Shown here: positions 11,274-22,694 of the stretch, piece after piece
Numbering within the stretch: position 1 is the stretch's first letter
Layout: the number at the start of each line of letters is the position of its first letter
Source: an uncultured Nitrososphaerota archaeon
Lineage (GTDB): Archaea; Thermoproteota; Nitrososphaeria; Nitrososphaerales; Nitrosopumilaceae
Assembly: GCA_963824385.1 (NCBI GenBank)
Contig: CAWGPD010000004.1
Location: 608,001 to 672,000 of the forward strand
Length of the DNA stretch: 64,000 nt
Reading direction: 5' to 3'
Translations under genes and position numbers: made by a program
Notes under the pieces: model-generated
Told to the model about the DNA's origin: nothing
Databases searched by the model: none
Seen by the model: the letters and a program-made list of their open reading frames with translations, nothing else

Positions 11274-11802
11274 CAAATTTTTTCAATGCCAAATATCTGT
11301 GAGATATCTGGTTTTTGTCCACAAGCTGAGAATATGATTGATTTCTTCCTTGAGGAATAAAGATAGGATCAAAACCCCATTTCAAACCTTGTTCTTTTTG
11401 TGATATTGTTCCCTTTACATCTGCGCTAAACAGATGTACAATGGCATCTCTCTCACAATATGCAATAATTGATCTAAATGATGCATCCCTGGGTTTTGAT
11501 ACCAATCGTAAGATTCCTTTGTTACCAATTGTATTAGATACAAATGAAGAATATGGTCCAGGAAAACCATTTAATGATTTTATGAAAAGCCCATCATCTT
11601 CTACAATTACGGGTTTTGAACAAATAGAAAATGCCTCCATGGCTTTATGCCTTGCAATTTCTTTCATATCATCTGCTTGAATTTCTTGAAGAGTGGATTT
11701 TAGAAATTTTATTTTTAAGCCAAATTTTGATGTGATACTTTTTGCCTCCTCAAATTTATTCTTGTTCGAGCTGGCAAAAAATATACTAGATGACATTTGC
11801 AT
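11233..11802 (-). CDS. rdgB: Non-canonical purine NTP pyrophosphatase (RdgB/HAM1)
   Basis: SSNKNKFEE, EDDGL, GFPGPYS, GFDPIF, KNQISHR. Confidence 0.92.
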   Translation of the reverse strand: MQMSSSIFFASSNKNKFEEAKSITSKFGLKIKFLKSTLQEIQADDMKEIARHKAMEAFSICSKPVIVEDDGLFIKSLNGFPGPYSSFVSNTIGNKGILRLVSKPRDASFRSIIAYCERDAIVHLFSADVKGTISQKEQGLKWGFDPIFIPQGRNQSYSQLVDKNQISHRYLALKKFANWYLNKRKSRGR

Positions 11803-12406
11803 ACCTGCCTCTTTTTTCTATGATCAGAACTTGATTAATGATTTTTTCCGTCATGTTTTTTCCCAATATCTTTTGATATCCTTGTATGAATAAAGTCCAA
11901 GCGTTAGCTACAATGGAAGCATGAGCACTGTTTAGAACTTCCTTGAATAAACGAAGATCAATAGCAAAATCATCAATTTTATAGGTTTTTTGTGAAAGTC
12001 CAAAGTCAAGTATTGCCAATCCCTTTTGAGATAGAATAAAATTTGAAGTGGTCAAGTCTCCATGCATAACGCCATTCTTATGGAGAATTCCCACAATTTT
12101 GCCTATTTCTTTACATGTTTTTACAATTTGTTTTACAGGAAGATCTCGAATTAATTTACCTTGTATGAACTGAAGATATATTTTGCATTTTTTCTCATCC
12201 ACAAAATAAACAAGTGGTGTAATGATTCCAAAAGATTTAGCCTCAGAGATCATTTTTGCCTCCCTTATTGTCCTGAGTGTTCGTATTCTAGTATCAAGAG
12301 AATGGACTCGATAATCTTTCTTTTTTCTGATTTTTAAAACAGAGTTTTGGCCATTCCAAGATGTAATATAGATATCAGCTTCTGCACCTTTTTTGAGCAG
12401 TTTCAA
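11786..12406 (-). CDS. bud32: KEOPS kinase Bud32
   Basis: KGAEA, RTIREA, HGDLTTSN, DFGL, DLRLF, RGRY. Confidence 0.92.
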   Translation of the reverse strand: MKLLKKGAEADIYITSWNGQNSVLKIRKKKDYRVHSLDTRIRTLRTIREAKMISEAKSFGIITPLVYFVDEKKCKIYLQFIQGKLIRDLPVKQIVKTCKEIGKIVGILHKNGVMHGDLTTSNFILSQKGLAILDFGLSQKTYKIDDFAIDLRLFKEVLNSAHASIVANAWTLFIQGYQKILGKNMTEKIINQVLIIEKRGRYANVI

Positions 12407-12531
12407 TGAAAACTATCAGAGTAGAACATAATTTAAGTCACAATCATTTCATTTCATAAAATAGTTTTTTGAAACAAAATTTATGATTTGTCAAATATAC
12501 AATTATAACATCGAATGCAAAAAGAAATAAC

Positions 12532-12855
12532 ATGGATTCTGATGAGAAACGAATAATACAAGAGGATTGTTCTGAAGACTCTTTAGGTCCAGGCATTCTT
12601 ACGTTAACAAATAAGAGAATCGCGTTTGATAAGACAGAGGGAAGAATTATTGATTTTTCAAAGAAATTTGGAAAGACAGTTCTTGAGGCTAACCTCAATC
12701 AAATAATAGAAGTTGCAAAAGAAGGCAGATTGATAACAAAAATAAAATTAAAAATAAAAACAGATGAGAGTGAAAAGACCTACAAGTTTGGGGTATACAA
12801 TACAGGAAAGTGGGAAAAAGAAGTAAAAGAGGCTATTTCTAAATATCTACCCTAG
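12532..12855 (+). CDS. Hypothetical protein, possible PH-like fold
   Basis: G.LTLTNKRIAF and C-terminal W...V..AI pattern resemble PH/GRAM-like domains. Confidence 0.6.
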   Translation: MDSDEKRIIQEDCSEDSLGPGILTLTNKRIAFDKTEGRIIDFSKKFGKTVLEANLNQIIEVAKEGRLITKIKLKIKTDESEKTYKFGVYNTGKWEKEVKEAISKYLP

Positions 12856-13835
12856 TAAAGAACTTCAACAGTATCTAGTCTCCACGATTGTTGTACAAAG
12901 GTATCTTCTAGATTCGCCCCAACCCTCTTTGATGACTCTAATAATCCAAGCCAAGATATTTGAGAACCGCAATCTCCAGCATATTCTTTTGGTGCTACAA
13001 AAAATTTGCAGTTATGTCTTTTACAGATGCTTGAAAGTATGTCAGACAATCTCTTATTTGCAGCAACTCCTCCAACAGCCAAAAGTTCTTTCTTTCCAGT
13101 AAATGAGAGAGCCCTTTCCGTTGCTTCCCCTATCATAGAAAATGCAGTTTCTTGTAATGAAAAGCATGTGGCTTCTATTCCCTTTGGAATTATTCTTTTT
13201 GTTGCAGACAAGAGACCTGAAAATGACACATCATTTCCCTTTACAACATAAGGAAGTGTAAGATATTCTTTTGATTTGGATGCAAGTTCTTCCATTTTTG
13301 GACCACATGGTGATGCAAATCCAGCATATCTTCCAATTTGATCTAGCAGTTGACCCAGAGTAATATCCAGAGTTTCACCAAAAACTCTCCATTTCTTTGA
13401 AAGAAATGCCAAGATCATTGTATGTCCTCCCGAAACAAGCAGCACCAAAGGATCTTTTGCACCAGTCAGCATTTTTCCAAGTTCGATATGACCTAGTGCA
13501 TGATTTACAGGATATATCGGAATATCATAATACGAAGAAAGTGATCTGGCTACTACTGCACCAATTCTCAAACAAGGTCCAAGACCTGGACCTGCTGCAT
13601 ATGATACAATATCAAGATCATTTATTTTCACATGTGCTTTTTTGAGACACTCCGAAAGAACTTCTGGAGAATTTTCAGCATGGTGACGTGATGCCTCACG
13701 TGGGTGAATGCCTTCCCCTTCTGGAGGTCTGTAGATTTTCCGTACATCAGATAGAATTTTCCCTTTTTTTCCCTTTTTTTCTATTACCGCACATGAAAAT
13801 GTATGAGCAGTACTTTCTATTCCAAGACTGAGCAT
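12852..13835 (-). CDS. kae1: KEOPS N6-threonylcarbamoyladenine synthase Kae1
   Basis: LGIESTAHT, GIHPREA, GPGLGPCL, VNHALGHIE, SGGHT, GETLDI, GGVAAN. Confidence 0.95.
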   Translation of the reverse strand: MLSLGIESTAHTFSCAVIEKKGKKGKILSDVRKIYRPPEGEGIHPREASRHHAENSPEVLSECLKKAHVKINDLDIVSYAAGPGLGPCLRIGAVVARSLSSYYDIPIYPVNHALGHIELGKMLTGAKDPLVLLVSGGHTMILAFLSKKWRVFGETLDITLGQLLDQIGRYAGFASPCGPKMEELASKSKEYLTLPYVVKGNDVSFSGLLSATKRIIPKGIEATCFSLQETAFSMIGEATERALSFTGKKELLAVGGVAANKRLSDILSSICKRHNCKFFVAPKEYAGDCGSQISWLGLLESSKRVGANLEDTFVQQSWRLDTVEVLY

Positions 13836-13836
13836 T

Positions 13837-15031
13837 TTATCCTCTACTTAGAGTTGATACGATTTTCAAAACATCTCCATTCTTGAGTTGATGTTCCGCT
13901 CCTACCCTTTGTTTTGTTTTTGCATCAATAGCAAAAAGAAAACCATTTGCAAGATCCTGGTGGATTGACTTTGCCAGGTCTCGTGCAGTAGATCCGGGTC
14001 GTAAGAGTTTTGCATCAGGTAGAACTTCGCCATTTTTATTAGATAGTTTTGTTTCATCTTCAACTGGAAATACCGTAATTAATTTTAAAAGATCAAAACA
14101 TGCAGAATCGAGGATCTGTTGAACTCCAGTTCCACCCAATTTAGATACAACTTTTTCTGCAAGATCAAGCGCATTTTTCTGTTGAGGGTTTAGATTAACT
14201 CCATCTTTAATCTTGAAAGACTTTTCGCCTGGTAGATATTGGATTATTCCACCTTTTGCCGCTTTTCTCAAAAGAAGTTCAGTTTCTGCACTACATGCAA
14301 TAGTTGGATGTATTTTTTTAAATTCATCCAACATACTAAGATCGTGACAAAGATCGAGCTTTATTTGCAGAAATTATTATTGGTTTTGTTCGTTTTCTCA
14401 ATGTTTTAATAAATGAAACAAGTTCATCTTCACTCCACTCATGAGGTTTCTTGGAGTGTAAATTCAAGTTGTGTATTACAGTCTCTACGTCATATTCATC
14501 GATTCCAAGTCCACTAAATCTTTGTGCAATTGCTTGAATCACCTTACCACTTTTGCTTTCTAATTCCCTAGTAAGTTTATGCCATTCTCTTTGAAGTATT
14601 TGTTTCATCCACTGATCAAATTCTTCCTCAACAAATTCAACGTCTTCAAACGGATTATGAGTTCCTACAGGGACGGGTTGACCTTGTATGTCAGTAGAAC
14701 CTGATGCATCTACTACGTGGATTAACACTTCAGATGTTCTTGCATCATCCAAGAATTTATTGCCAAGACCTTTTCCTTCATGAGCTCCAGGAACTAGACC
14801 TGCAACATCTACTAGCTTGATTGCAATAAATCTAGTTCCATCGATACATAATGGATGATTGTGATTTATTGCAAAATGTTTGCATGCACAATTAGTTTTC
14901 ACATAGGCAATTCCTACATTTGGCTCAATAGTTGTAAATGGATAATTCCCAACTTGGGCAGTTGTTTGAGTAGCGGCTGAAAAGAAGGTGGATTTTCCGA
15001 CATTGGTTTTCCCTAGGAGGCCAATTTGCAT
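13837..15031 (-). CDS. ychF: YchF/OBG-family GTPase with TGS domain; frameshift near 14350
   Basis: GKTNVGKST, NYPFTTIEPN, DVAGLVPGAHEGKGLGNKFL, NK, C-terminal LPDA..IH.DL. Confidence 0.88.
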
Positions 15032-15103
15032 GAGAATTAATCAAAGATATGCTCTTATTAGTATTCCAAAAGTGTTTAATTTCATTCCATTACATGATAT
15101 TTA

Positions 15104-15653
15104 TTGAAAATACTAACCGGCAATCCCGGAACGGGTAAACATACCATATCAAAATTGATTTCAAGAAAGCTAAACTTTGAGATTATTGATATCAATAAGA
15201 TTGCAATAAGCGAAGGATTATTCAAAGAGAATAATGAGGCTTTTGATGTAGATGTCGATAAGCTAAAAAAAATAATAGATAAAATGAATTCAAAGAATTC
15301 TATACTTGTAGGACATCTTGCTCCGTATGTCATATCACCAAAGAATGTAGAGATAGACTGTAGTTTTAAGAAAAAGCCCATACAAACTACAATCAATATA
15401 CAAGAAAAGAAAATACACTAATAAAAAATCACTTGAGAACATAGGCAGCGAAATATTAGGCATTATCTATCATGATGCAGTACAAGAGTTTGGTAGAAAG
15501 AATACTTTCCAAATTGATACGAGTGGTAAATCAATTTCTGCGACGGTAAAGAAGGTAGAATCAATTTTCAATGGAAGTAAAGTAGAAGACAATGTAGATT
15601 GGCTACAACTAGTTCTCAAGAAAGGAGATATGCGGAAATTCTTTCCATATTAG
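15104..15653 (+). CDS. Adenylate kinase 6/Fap7-like P-loop protein; frameshift near 15358
   Basis: TGNPGTGKHT, hhhGH; second frame R.Y..KK..EN..SEILG, IDT, VDWL to TAG 15653. Confidence 0.8.
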
Positions 15654-15687
15654 GTTCAAATTACGTCATATCAGATCAAAATTTAAA

Positions 15688-17202
15688 ATGTTTGAGATAA
15701 AAAAATCAGATCTTGCAGGAAGAATAGGAATACTTCATACAAATCATGGTAAAGTTGAGACTCCAGCATATGTTCCTGTAATTCATCCAGTCAAGCAAAA
15801 AATTCCCGCTAAAAAATTAAGAGAGATGGGATTTGATCTAGTCATAACAAACGCATACATCACATTAAAGAGATATGGTGATGAGGCAATAAAACAAGGC
15901 ATTCACAAGATAATTGATTATGACGGTGCAATCATGACAGATTCTGGTGGATATCAGGTTTTAGAATACGGGGACATTGATGTAGATTATAAAAAAATTG
16001 CAGCTTTTGAAAAAGGAATAGGAACTGATATTGCAATTCCTTTGGATAGACCAACAGGACTTGGACTTTCAAAAAAGAAGGCAATAGAATATGTACAACA
16101 TACACTTAGAGTATCAAAAGAGACTCTTGATACTAGAGATGATAATGGTCAGATATGGGTCGGACCAATACAAGGAAGCGAGCACTCAGATCTAGTCAAG
16201 AAATCAACAAGAGCACTAATTGATTCAGGTTTTCAGATGTTGGCCTTGGGAAGTCCTGTTGAATTTATGGAATCTTATGAATACAAATTACTTGCCAAAA
16301 TGATAATAACTGCAAAAAAAGAGATTCCAGATTCCATCCCACTTCATCTATTTGGAGCAGGACATCCACTTACCATACCTCTTGCAGTGGCACTTGGTTG
16401 TGATACCTTTGATTCTGCATCTTACATGCTATATGCAAAACATGATAGATACATCATGGAAGATGGTACTGCCCATCTCTCTGAAGTTGCATATTTTTCA
16501 TGTAATTGTGAAGTATGTACCAGATTAAAGCCAAAAGAGATGCTATCTCTAGATAAAGAAGATAGAACCAACAAGATTGCGCTCCACAATCTATATGCCA
16601 TAAAGGCTGAAGTAGATAGAGTAAAAGAGGCAATTCATGAGGGACGATTGTGGGAATATACAATAAGAAAGGCAAGAGCTCATCCCAAGTTATTTGAAGC
16701 AATATCCATTTTTACCAACAATACTTCATTCTTTTTAGAAACTACACCACGATACAAAGAGAATGCAGTGTTTCTGTTTTCCAAAGAAGATCAGTATAGG
16801 CCTGAGATTTTTAGATTCCATTCACTAGTTCGCAAATTCAAAACAAAGAAGAAGACACTAGTAATCATACCAGATGGGAGCATAAGACCATTTTATACTT
16901 CAACAGAATATAACAACCTAAAAAAGAAATTTGATTCCAAATTAGACGACGTACAATTTTGTCAATATAATCAATATCTTGGAATAATTCCTTTGGAACT
17001 ATCAGATATCTACCCTGCTGCTCATTATGTCATATCAAAGACAGACTTTAATCAAAATGAATTTCCTGAATTCACTAAAACTTGGAATATGTTTCTTAAA
17101 AACAACAAATTCAAGAAAATCTATGCTACAAATGACGAGTTCTTAAAATATCAGTCCAAAGGTCTAAAACCAAAAATCAAATTTCTCAATATCAAAAAAT
17201 AA
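15688..17202 (+). CDS. tgtA: Archaeal tRNA-guanine(15) transglycosylase
   Basis: ETPAYVPV, TDSGGYQ, PLD, HLFGAGHP, DTFDSASY, CNCEVC..H, GRLWE. Confidence 0.95.
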   Translation: MFEIKKSDLAGRIGILHTNHGKVETPAYVPVIHPVKQKIPAKKLREMGFDLVITNAYITLKRYGDEAIKQGIHKIIDYDGAIMTDSGGYQVLEYGDIDVDYKKIAAFEKGIGTDIAIPLDRPTGLGLSKKKAIEYVQHTLRVSKETLDTRDDNGQIWVGPIQGSEHSDLVKKSTRALIDSGFQMLALGSPVEFMESYEYKLLAKMIITAKKEIPDSIPLHLFGAGHPLTIPLAVALGCDTFDSASYMLYAKHDRYIMEDGTAHLSEVAYFSCNCEVCTRLKPKEMLSLDKEDRTNKIALHNLYAIKAEVDRVKEAIHEGRLWEYTIRKARAHPKLFEAISIFTNNTSFFLETTPRYKENAVFLFSKEDQYRPEIFRFHSLVRKFKTKKKTLVIIPDGSIRPFYTSTEYNNLKKKFDSKLDDVQFCQYNQYLGIIPLELSDIYPAAHYVISKTDFNQNEFPEFTKTWNMFLKNNKFKKIYATNDEFLKYQSKGLKPKIKFLNIKK

Positions 17203-17224
17203 TAAAAAAGAAGAATGAATCCGC

Positions 17225-17527
17225 TTATAGTGCGGCGTCTTCTGCCCAGCCTTTTACGAATATACCGTTCTTGTGTAGAGGTACTGGTTGTCCTGGAGTG
17301 TAAGTCATTGGTCTCATCCAGAAGATTGCTTTTGTTGGGCAAACTCCAATGCATGCTCCGTCTGAGATGCATCTTTCTGGATAAAATACAAATGCTTTAC
17401 CTCTCTTCCAACCATCTACTGGTTTTACACGAAGAACGTCTGGACCAAGAGAAGTACAGATCTCTACGCATAGCGCACAGCCTATACATCTCTGCTCATC
17501 AACGTCTGGAAGAATTGCGATTGGCAT
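17225..17527 (-). CDS. Di-cluster ferredoxin
   Basis: CIGCALCVEIC and CISDGACIGVCP motifs. Confidence 0.9.
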   Translation of the reverse strand: MPIAILPDVDEQRCIGCALCVEICTSLGPDVLRVKPVDGWKRGKAFVFYPERCISDGACIGVCPTKAIFWMRPMTYTPGQPVPLHKNGIFVKGWAEDAAL

Positions 17528-17648
17528 TCTGTTTTTGATCTTTCATCGTTTGCTATTTAAATGATCTGCAAAATCCATAACGGAGTTATAGAATTTTTTC
17601 AAGTTTTCAAAATAAAAGAAAAACAAAAAGAAAGTATAAATGATATTT

Positions 17649-17870
17649 TTACTTCTTTATTTGGCGCATTGCTTCAATCTGGCCTGATGTTACCCAGTCA
17701 AGCAATTCCGCTGATGATGGATTTAGATCTCCTTTCTGATTCATCATATTGTGAACCCAAATCCAGTTTATTTGATTCAATAATGGTTTATTTCCTTCAT
17801 CGCCTCTTCGAACTTTGTCTCTGAGGTCTTTTGGGATTGTACTCCACCATTGTTCAAAAGTTCTACCCAT
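17649..17870 (-). CDS. Small conserved hypothetical protein
   Basis: 73-aa Trp-rich ORF co-oriented with the ferredoxin; TATA-like element upstream. Confidence 0.7.
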   Translation of the reverse strand: MGRTFEQWWSTIPKDLRDKVRRGDEGNKPLLNQINWIWVHNMMNQKGDLNPSSAELLDWVTSGQIEAMRQIKK

Positions 17871-17987
17871 AATCGGATCATTTTTTTTGATCTAATTAAG
17901 TCTTTTGTAAATTATACAAGAAATATAATAAATCAGGTCGGATCTGAGTGCTAAAGATTTAAAAGTCCTTTGAAAAAGTTTTGATTC

Positions 17988-19244
17988 TTGCAAGTAAGAG
18001 TTCTAGGTGCGGCCAAAGAAGTTGGCAGATCAGCGTTTCAAGTAAATTGTGATGGGGCTAGTTTTCTATTAGATTATGGCGTAGAGTTAAAAAAAGAGTC
18101 GCTATATCCAATAGCGGTAAATCCACATGAGATAAACGCGGCTATTATAACTCACGCCCATCTTGACCACTCAGGCAATATGCCTGCACTATTTGTAAAT
18201 GGTAGCACTGATGTTTATGCTACCCCTCCTACGTTTGACCTTTCAAGATTGTTAATTGAAGATATGCTTAGAATTCAAAAAAGTCAGCTGCCATATGATT
18301 TTGCTAGTGTTTCAAAGATGATGATGCACTCAAAGGAGATAAAATATAGAGAAAAAATTGAACGTGGAAATGCTTCTTTTCAGCTTCTCGAGTCAGGTCA
18401 TGTTTTAGGAGGGGCATCAGTTATAGTTGAATCTGAAAATAAAAGATTGTTTTACACAGCAGACATCAACCCAAAAGGTTCAAGAATGCTACGAGATGCT
18501 GATCTTGATTTTGGTGAAGTAGATTTAGTGATTACTGAGAGTACATACTCTCAGACAAACCAGATGCCACGAAACGAGTCAGAAGAAAAGTTCATGGAAT
18601 TTGCATACGAAGTATTAGATAGAAAAGGCTCTCTCTTTGTACCTGCTTTTTCAGTAGAAAGATCTCAAGAAATTGCATGCGTCTTAAAGAATGCAGGATT
18701 CAAACATAAAGTAGTGATGGATGGAATGGCTGTAAAAGTAAATGAAATAATGTTGAATTATCCAGAGTATCTACGCGATCCAAAAGTTTTTGCTGATTCT
18801 GTTCACCAAGCAGTTTGGATAAAAGGAGAAAAAGAAAGAAAGAGTGCGCTAGATGAACCAGCTGTCATAATTTCACCCGCAGGTATGTTAGTAGGTGGTT
18901 CTGCAGTATTTTATTTACAGAATTTAGCATTAGATAAGAGAAATGGTATTGCACTAGTTTCATATCAAGGAGAAGGAACACCTGGAAGAAAACTTTTGGA
19001 TACAGGACGAGTGGGTGTAAGAGGAAAGGAGTTCAAGTGTGAAGCAGAAGTAAGACAGTTTGAATTTTCAGGACATGCCGATAGAGATTCACTTTTTGAT
19101 ATGATGAAGAAAATTAAGGGCAATCCCAAAGTTCTTACTGTTCATGGAGACATGGACTCTTGTACAAAGTTTGCAGATGAGATACATGAAAAGTTAGGAT
19201 TAGATGCCCGTGCACCAGATGCAGGCGAAACAATAACCGTATAA
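17988..19244 (+). CDS. Metallo-beta-lactamase/beta-CASP ribonuclease (aCPSF2-like)
   Basis: GAAKEVGRS, THAHLDHSG, SGHVLG, ESTY, FSGHAD, VHGD. Confidence 0.9.
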   Translation: MQVRVLGAAKEVGRSAFQVNCDGASFLLDYGVELKKESLYPIAVNPHEINAAIITHAHLDHSGNMPALFVNGSTDVYATPPTFDLSRLLIEDMLRIQKSQLPYDFASVSKMMMHSKEIKYREKIERGNASFQLLESGHVLGGASVIVESENKRLFYTADINPKGSRMLRDADLDFGEVDLVITESTYSQTNQMPRNESEEKFMEFAYEVLDRKGSLFVPAFSVERSQEIACVLKNAGFKHKVVMDGMAVKVNEIMLNYPEYLRDPKVFADSVHQAVWIKGEKERKSALDEPAVIISPAGMLVGGSAVFYLQNLALDKRNGIALVSYQGEGTPGRKLLDTGRVGVRGKEFKCEAEVRQFEFSGHADRDSLFDMMKKIKGNPKVLTVHGDMDSCTKFADEIHEKLGLDARAPDAGETITV

Positions 19245-19245
19245 C

Positions 19246-20094
19246 ATGCCGAAGATATCGGCAATAGACATAGAAACCACAATTAACAGCGGACAGGTTT
19301 TTCTCTGGAATAAATTCAAAGACAGTGGATAGGAATAGATGGTCAGGATATTCTCATTCTGAATCAGTCACCTTTCAGTGCTAGATCGTCATCGAACAAC
19401 ATAGATAATTTTCTTAGAACAAGCGACAATTTACAAAAAATATTGTCAAACATTAGCAAAGACAAGATGGTAGAGAAATGCTGTAAAGCAATCCCCAGGT
19501 TTGAGATTGATAAGGCAGGATCCGTTTCAATGCTATATATCATTTATCTGCTCATCAAACTCATCCATACAAAACATCAAATCAATGTTAGAAAACTTAT
19601 GCAAGAAATTTGGCGCCAAGCAAGAATTTGACGGACATGAACTACGTACATTTCCAAAAGCAGAGATTCTTGCTAATGCAACTATGAAAGATCTTGTAGA
19701 TTGCAAACTAGGATTTAGAGCAAAATATGTCAAGGAGGCAGCCCAGGCAGTTAATTCAAACAAGATCGATTTTGCATGGCTAAAAAAAACAGATTATCAT
19801 ACTGCTGTAGAATCTCTGAAAAAAATTCGGGGAATAGGTAACAAGGTGGCAGATTGTATTGCGTTATTTTCTCTTGATAAAATGGAATCTTTTCCAATTG
19901 ATAGATGGACACAGAGAATTTTGTTAAAATATTATAAGAAATTTTTTGACAACGTAACAGAAAAACCTATGACTGAAAAAAAATATGAAAAACTTCATGA
20001 AGAGATTGTAGAATATTTTGGTCCATATGCAGGTTATGCACAACAATTTCTTTTCAAGATGGAAAGAGATCTTAATGAAAAAAAATGGTTGTAA
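19246..20094 (+). CDS. 8-oxoguanine DNA glycosylase (OGG1-like HhH-GPD); two frameshifts near 19325 and 19490
   Basis: TINSGQVFLW, LIRQDP, SFICSSN, LGFRAKY, GIGNKVADC, FPID, YAGYAQQFLF. Confidence 0.85.
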
Positions 20095-20107
20095 AAACCC
20101 TTAATAT
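20094..20107 (+). promoter_or_regulatory. BRE/TATA-like promoter of tRNA-Arg(TCT)
   Basis: aaaaccc-TTAATAT about 25 nt upstream of the tRNA 5' end. Confidence 0.55.
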
Positions 20108-20129
20108 GGCTACTAATTGCCCGATATTT

Positions 20130-20204
20130 GGGCCTGTAGCTCAGCTTGGATAGAGTGCTGGACTTCTAATCCAGTGGTCAAGGGATCGAAGCCCTTCGGG
20201 CCCG
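20130..20204 (+). tRNA. tRNA-Arg (TCT)
   Basis: GGGCCTG/CGGGCCC acceptor stem, CTGGA CT TCT AA TCCAG anticodon arm, T-arm AAGGG ATCGAAG CCCTT. Confidence 0.93.
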
Positions 20205-20280
20205 TTTTCTAGATAATTTAACAAGTATCCGACGTCAGATTTCTAACAATTTAATATCTTCATTTGGAGATCAATATCAT

Positions 20281-20632
20281 ATGAAAGACATTGAACTAAA
20301 ATTAGAAAATCTTACTTTCAAGCCTCGTGAAATAATCAGAGGAAAAATCCAAGTAAATTATTCTGGAAGGTATGATGGAGTTGTAGTAAATGCTCAGATT
20401 CTAGGGTCCAATCAGACTCATAGTTTACAGATCGTATAATAACAAGTCCATATCACAGAATCTCTCAAGATTATTTATTAACAAAAATGATATGCCGCAA
20501 AATTTAGTTGAATTTACTGCATCAATTGAATTTGAACCTAAAGAGATTCATGAAATAAAATTCAGAGCATCAATAATTCAGGAACACAAAGAGATTGAAA
20601 GTGATGTTGTTTTTGGAAAATTAATGCCCTGA
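20281..20632 (+). CDS. Hypothetical beta-rich protein; frameshift near 20415 (not in ORF track)
   Basis: MKDIELKLENLTFKPREIIRGKIQVNYSGRYDGVVVN... joins LIVYRSYNNK...KFRASIIQEHKEIESDVVFGKLMP*. Confidence 0.65.
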
Positions 20633-20660
20633 TTTTCCTATAATTATTTTTGATTTGTTC

Positions 20661-21133
20661 CTAGGACGTTAAAGCCCCAGGTACAATGGTTATAGTTCCC
20701 TTCATCCATGGATGAGGTTCACAATGATATGGTATAACAGCTACCTGCGTAAAGACAAATTGGTATGTAGCACCAGGTTTGATCACTCCAGGAGATCCAA
20801 AGTCTCCATTGTAACCATCCTTGAATGGAGTATCAGGGGTAACAGTATGGGCAGGCTTCACTAGTATTCTTCCAGATTACAAGATTGTTTACTCCAAGTT
20901 GTGCTGTTTGGGTCTTTGGCGTAAAGTTTTGAGTTTGTGATGGATTTTCTGAACCAGGTACGATAATTATTGTAACCGAATCACTTGGATTAAGAACTTT
21001 GGCTGGAATTATAGGCTTGGCATTATACTCTGGGATATAGTAAAGTCTGATAATAAGAAACTCCTAGTGAAGCTCCAACAATAACTGCGATCAATCCTAT
21101 TCCATACGCATGACTGGAGGTTGGAAGACTCAA
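20661..21133 (-). CDS. Membrane-anchored blue copper (cupredoxin) protein; two frameshifts
   Basis: TTG start, TM segment HAYGIGLIAVIVGASLG, W.N..HTVT and YHCEPHPWM type-1 Cu ligands; directly downstream of cytochrome b. Confidence 0.85.
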
Positions 21134-21253
21134 CTATTTTCTAATCTTGTTTTTAGTCTTATAAAGTGTATACAAAAATAATTAAATGATTATCAATTAG
21201 GATTTATTTTCTAAGCATTGAGAGAGGTTATTAAATAAGAACAATATTCGAGT

Positions 21254-22694
21254 CTATTGAGATAAACTTCCAGAGGGTTCTTTACCGTCAAGTGCTTTTG
21301 GAGATTCTGTTGCTGCCGGGGATGGAACTGGGATCTTCTTTGCTTCATTTAGTCCATGTCGATAAAGATGGAATAATCCAGCAAATACCATAAGAATCAA
21401 TCCTGTTAGAAATAGAGCAAAGTTTTTCATCCCAGCCAGTGCTGCGTTGTATGCTGCAATGTTAAGATATACTTGGAATGCAAGTAGTGCTACAATCAAC
21501 CAGTTAATCCATTTACCTGAGAGATTAATTGGGGATGATTTATGCGGAGCTTTTGAAGCTGCCAATTTTGCCTTTCTTTCTGATTCTTTTGCTAATAATA
21601 TCATCATGTAAGAGAATCCAAATCCAATAGGAACTAACAATAACATTGTAACATAGAAGAAGATTGGATCGATTACAAGTCTAGCAACAAGCGGTTTTGT
21701 AATATCAGGTGTAATGTAAAAGCCCCAATATGTTGTCACCATGACTTGGGTAATGCCAGTAATGCCAAACGCAGTTACTATAGGTCTATCTTTCCATGAG
21801 AACTTTTTGTATCTGTCTATAAATGGAGTCATAGCTATCGCTACAATGAATACACCAGGCCACAATACACCTGTTGTAAATTTATCATACTGGGTCCTCA
21901 AGAATGCATAGATACCCGTAAGATACCATTCAGGAACCGTAATTCCTGGCGGCACTGTAGGTTCAAACTTGGAACCAAGATCAACTGGGAAAACTCCACC
22001 TGTTATAAATACAGCACCAGAAATTGCCATTACCATTGGGACATCAAAGACCATGAATCTTGGCAGGTGAACAGCCATCAATCCTAGCATTACCACTGGC
22101 AAGAGAAATACATGCATCGTATAGAATCTAAGAATAAAATCAGCAAAGCCTGAACCAAACATTGCGTCACGAATTGTAGGTCCAACTACTGGCATTGAAT
22201 TAGTAAGAGAGGCAGACTATACTGATTGCAAGTTCAGCACGTTCACTAAATATAATATCATATCCAGTAAATGCTTCCAAAATAGTTACAGTACCAAGTA
22301 TTACACCGGTAACCCAGATAAGTTCATTTCTTATTTTGTATCTCCCACTAAAGTATTGGTAATACATGTGAAGTACTGCAAGTAGAACCATTGCATTTGA
22401 AGCATGATAGTGAATATTTCGTATCATAAATCCATAAGGAACTGTGTTATTGATTTTCTGAACACTGTCCCACGCTCTATCTAATATTGGTTCATAATAG
22501 AACATCAATAGTGCGCCAGTAACTCCGAGAATTACAAACATTACAAATGTGAGCATTCCCAGGAATCCAAATGGACTTACAAATCTTGATGGAAAAGAGA
22601 ATTTAGTTCCAAGAAATACGGTTCTTTCCATTCCATCCCATATCCAGTAGAAAAAATCTACTAGACCGTTTCTACGTTTTAAGGAAACGACCAT
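21254..22694 (-). CDS. petB: Cytochrome b of complex III (b/subunit IV fused); frameshift near 22210
   Basis: GFLGML, RNIHYHASN, LHM, EAFTGY, RFYTMHVFLLP, VHL, PEWY. Confidence 0.92.
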
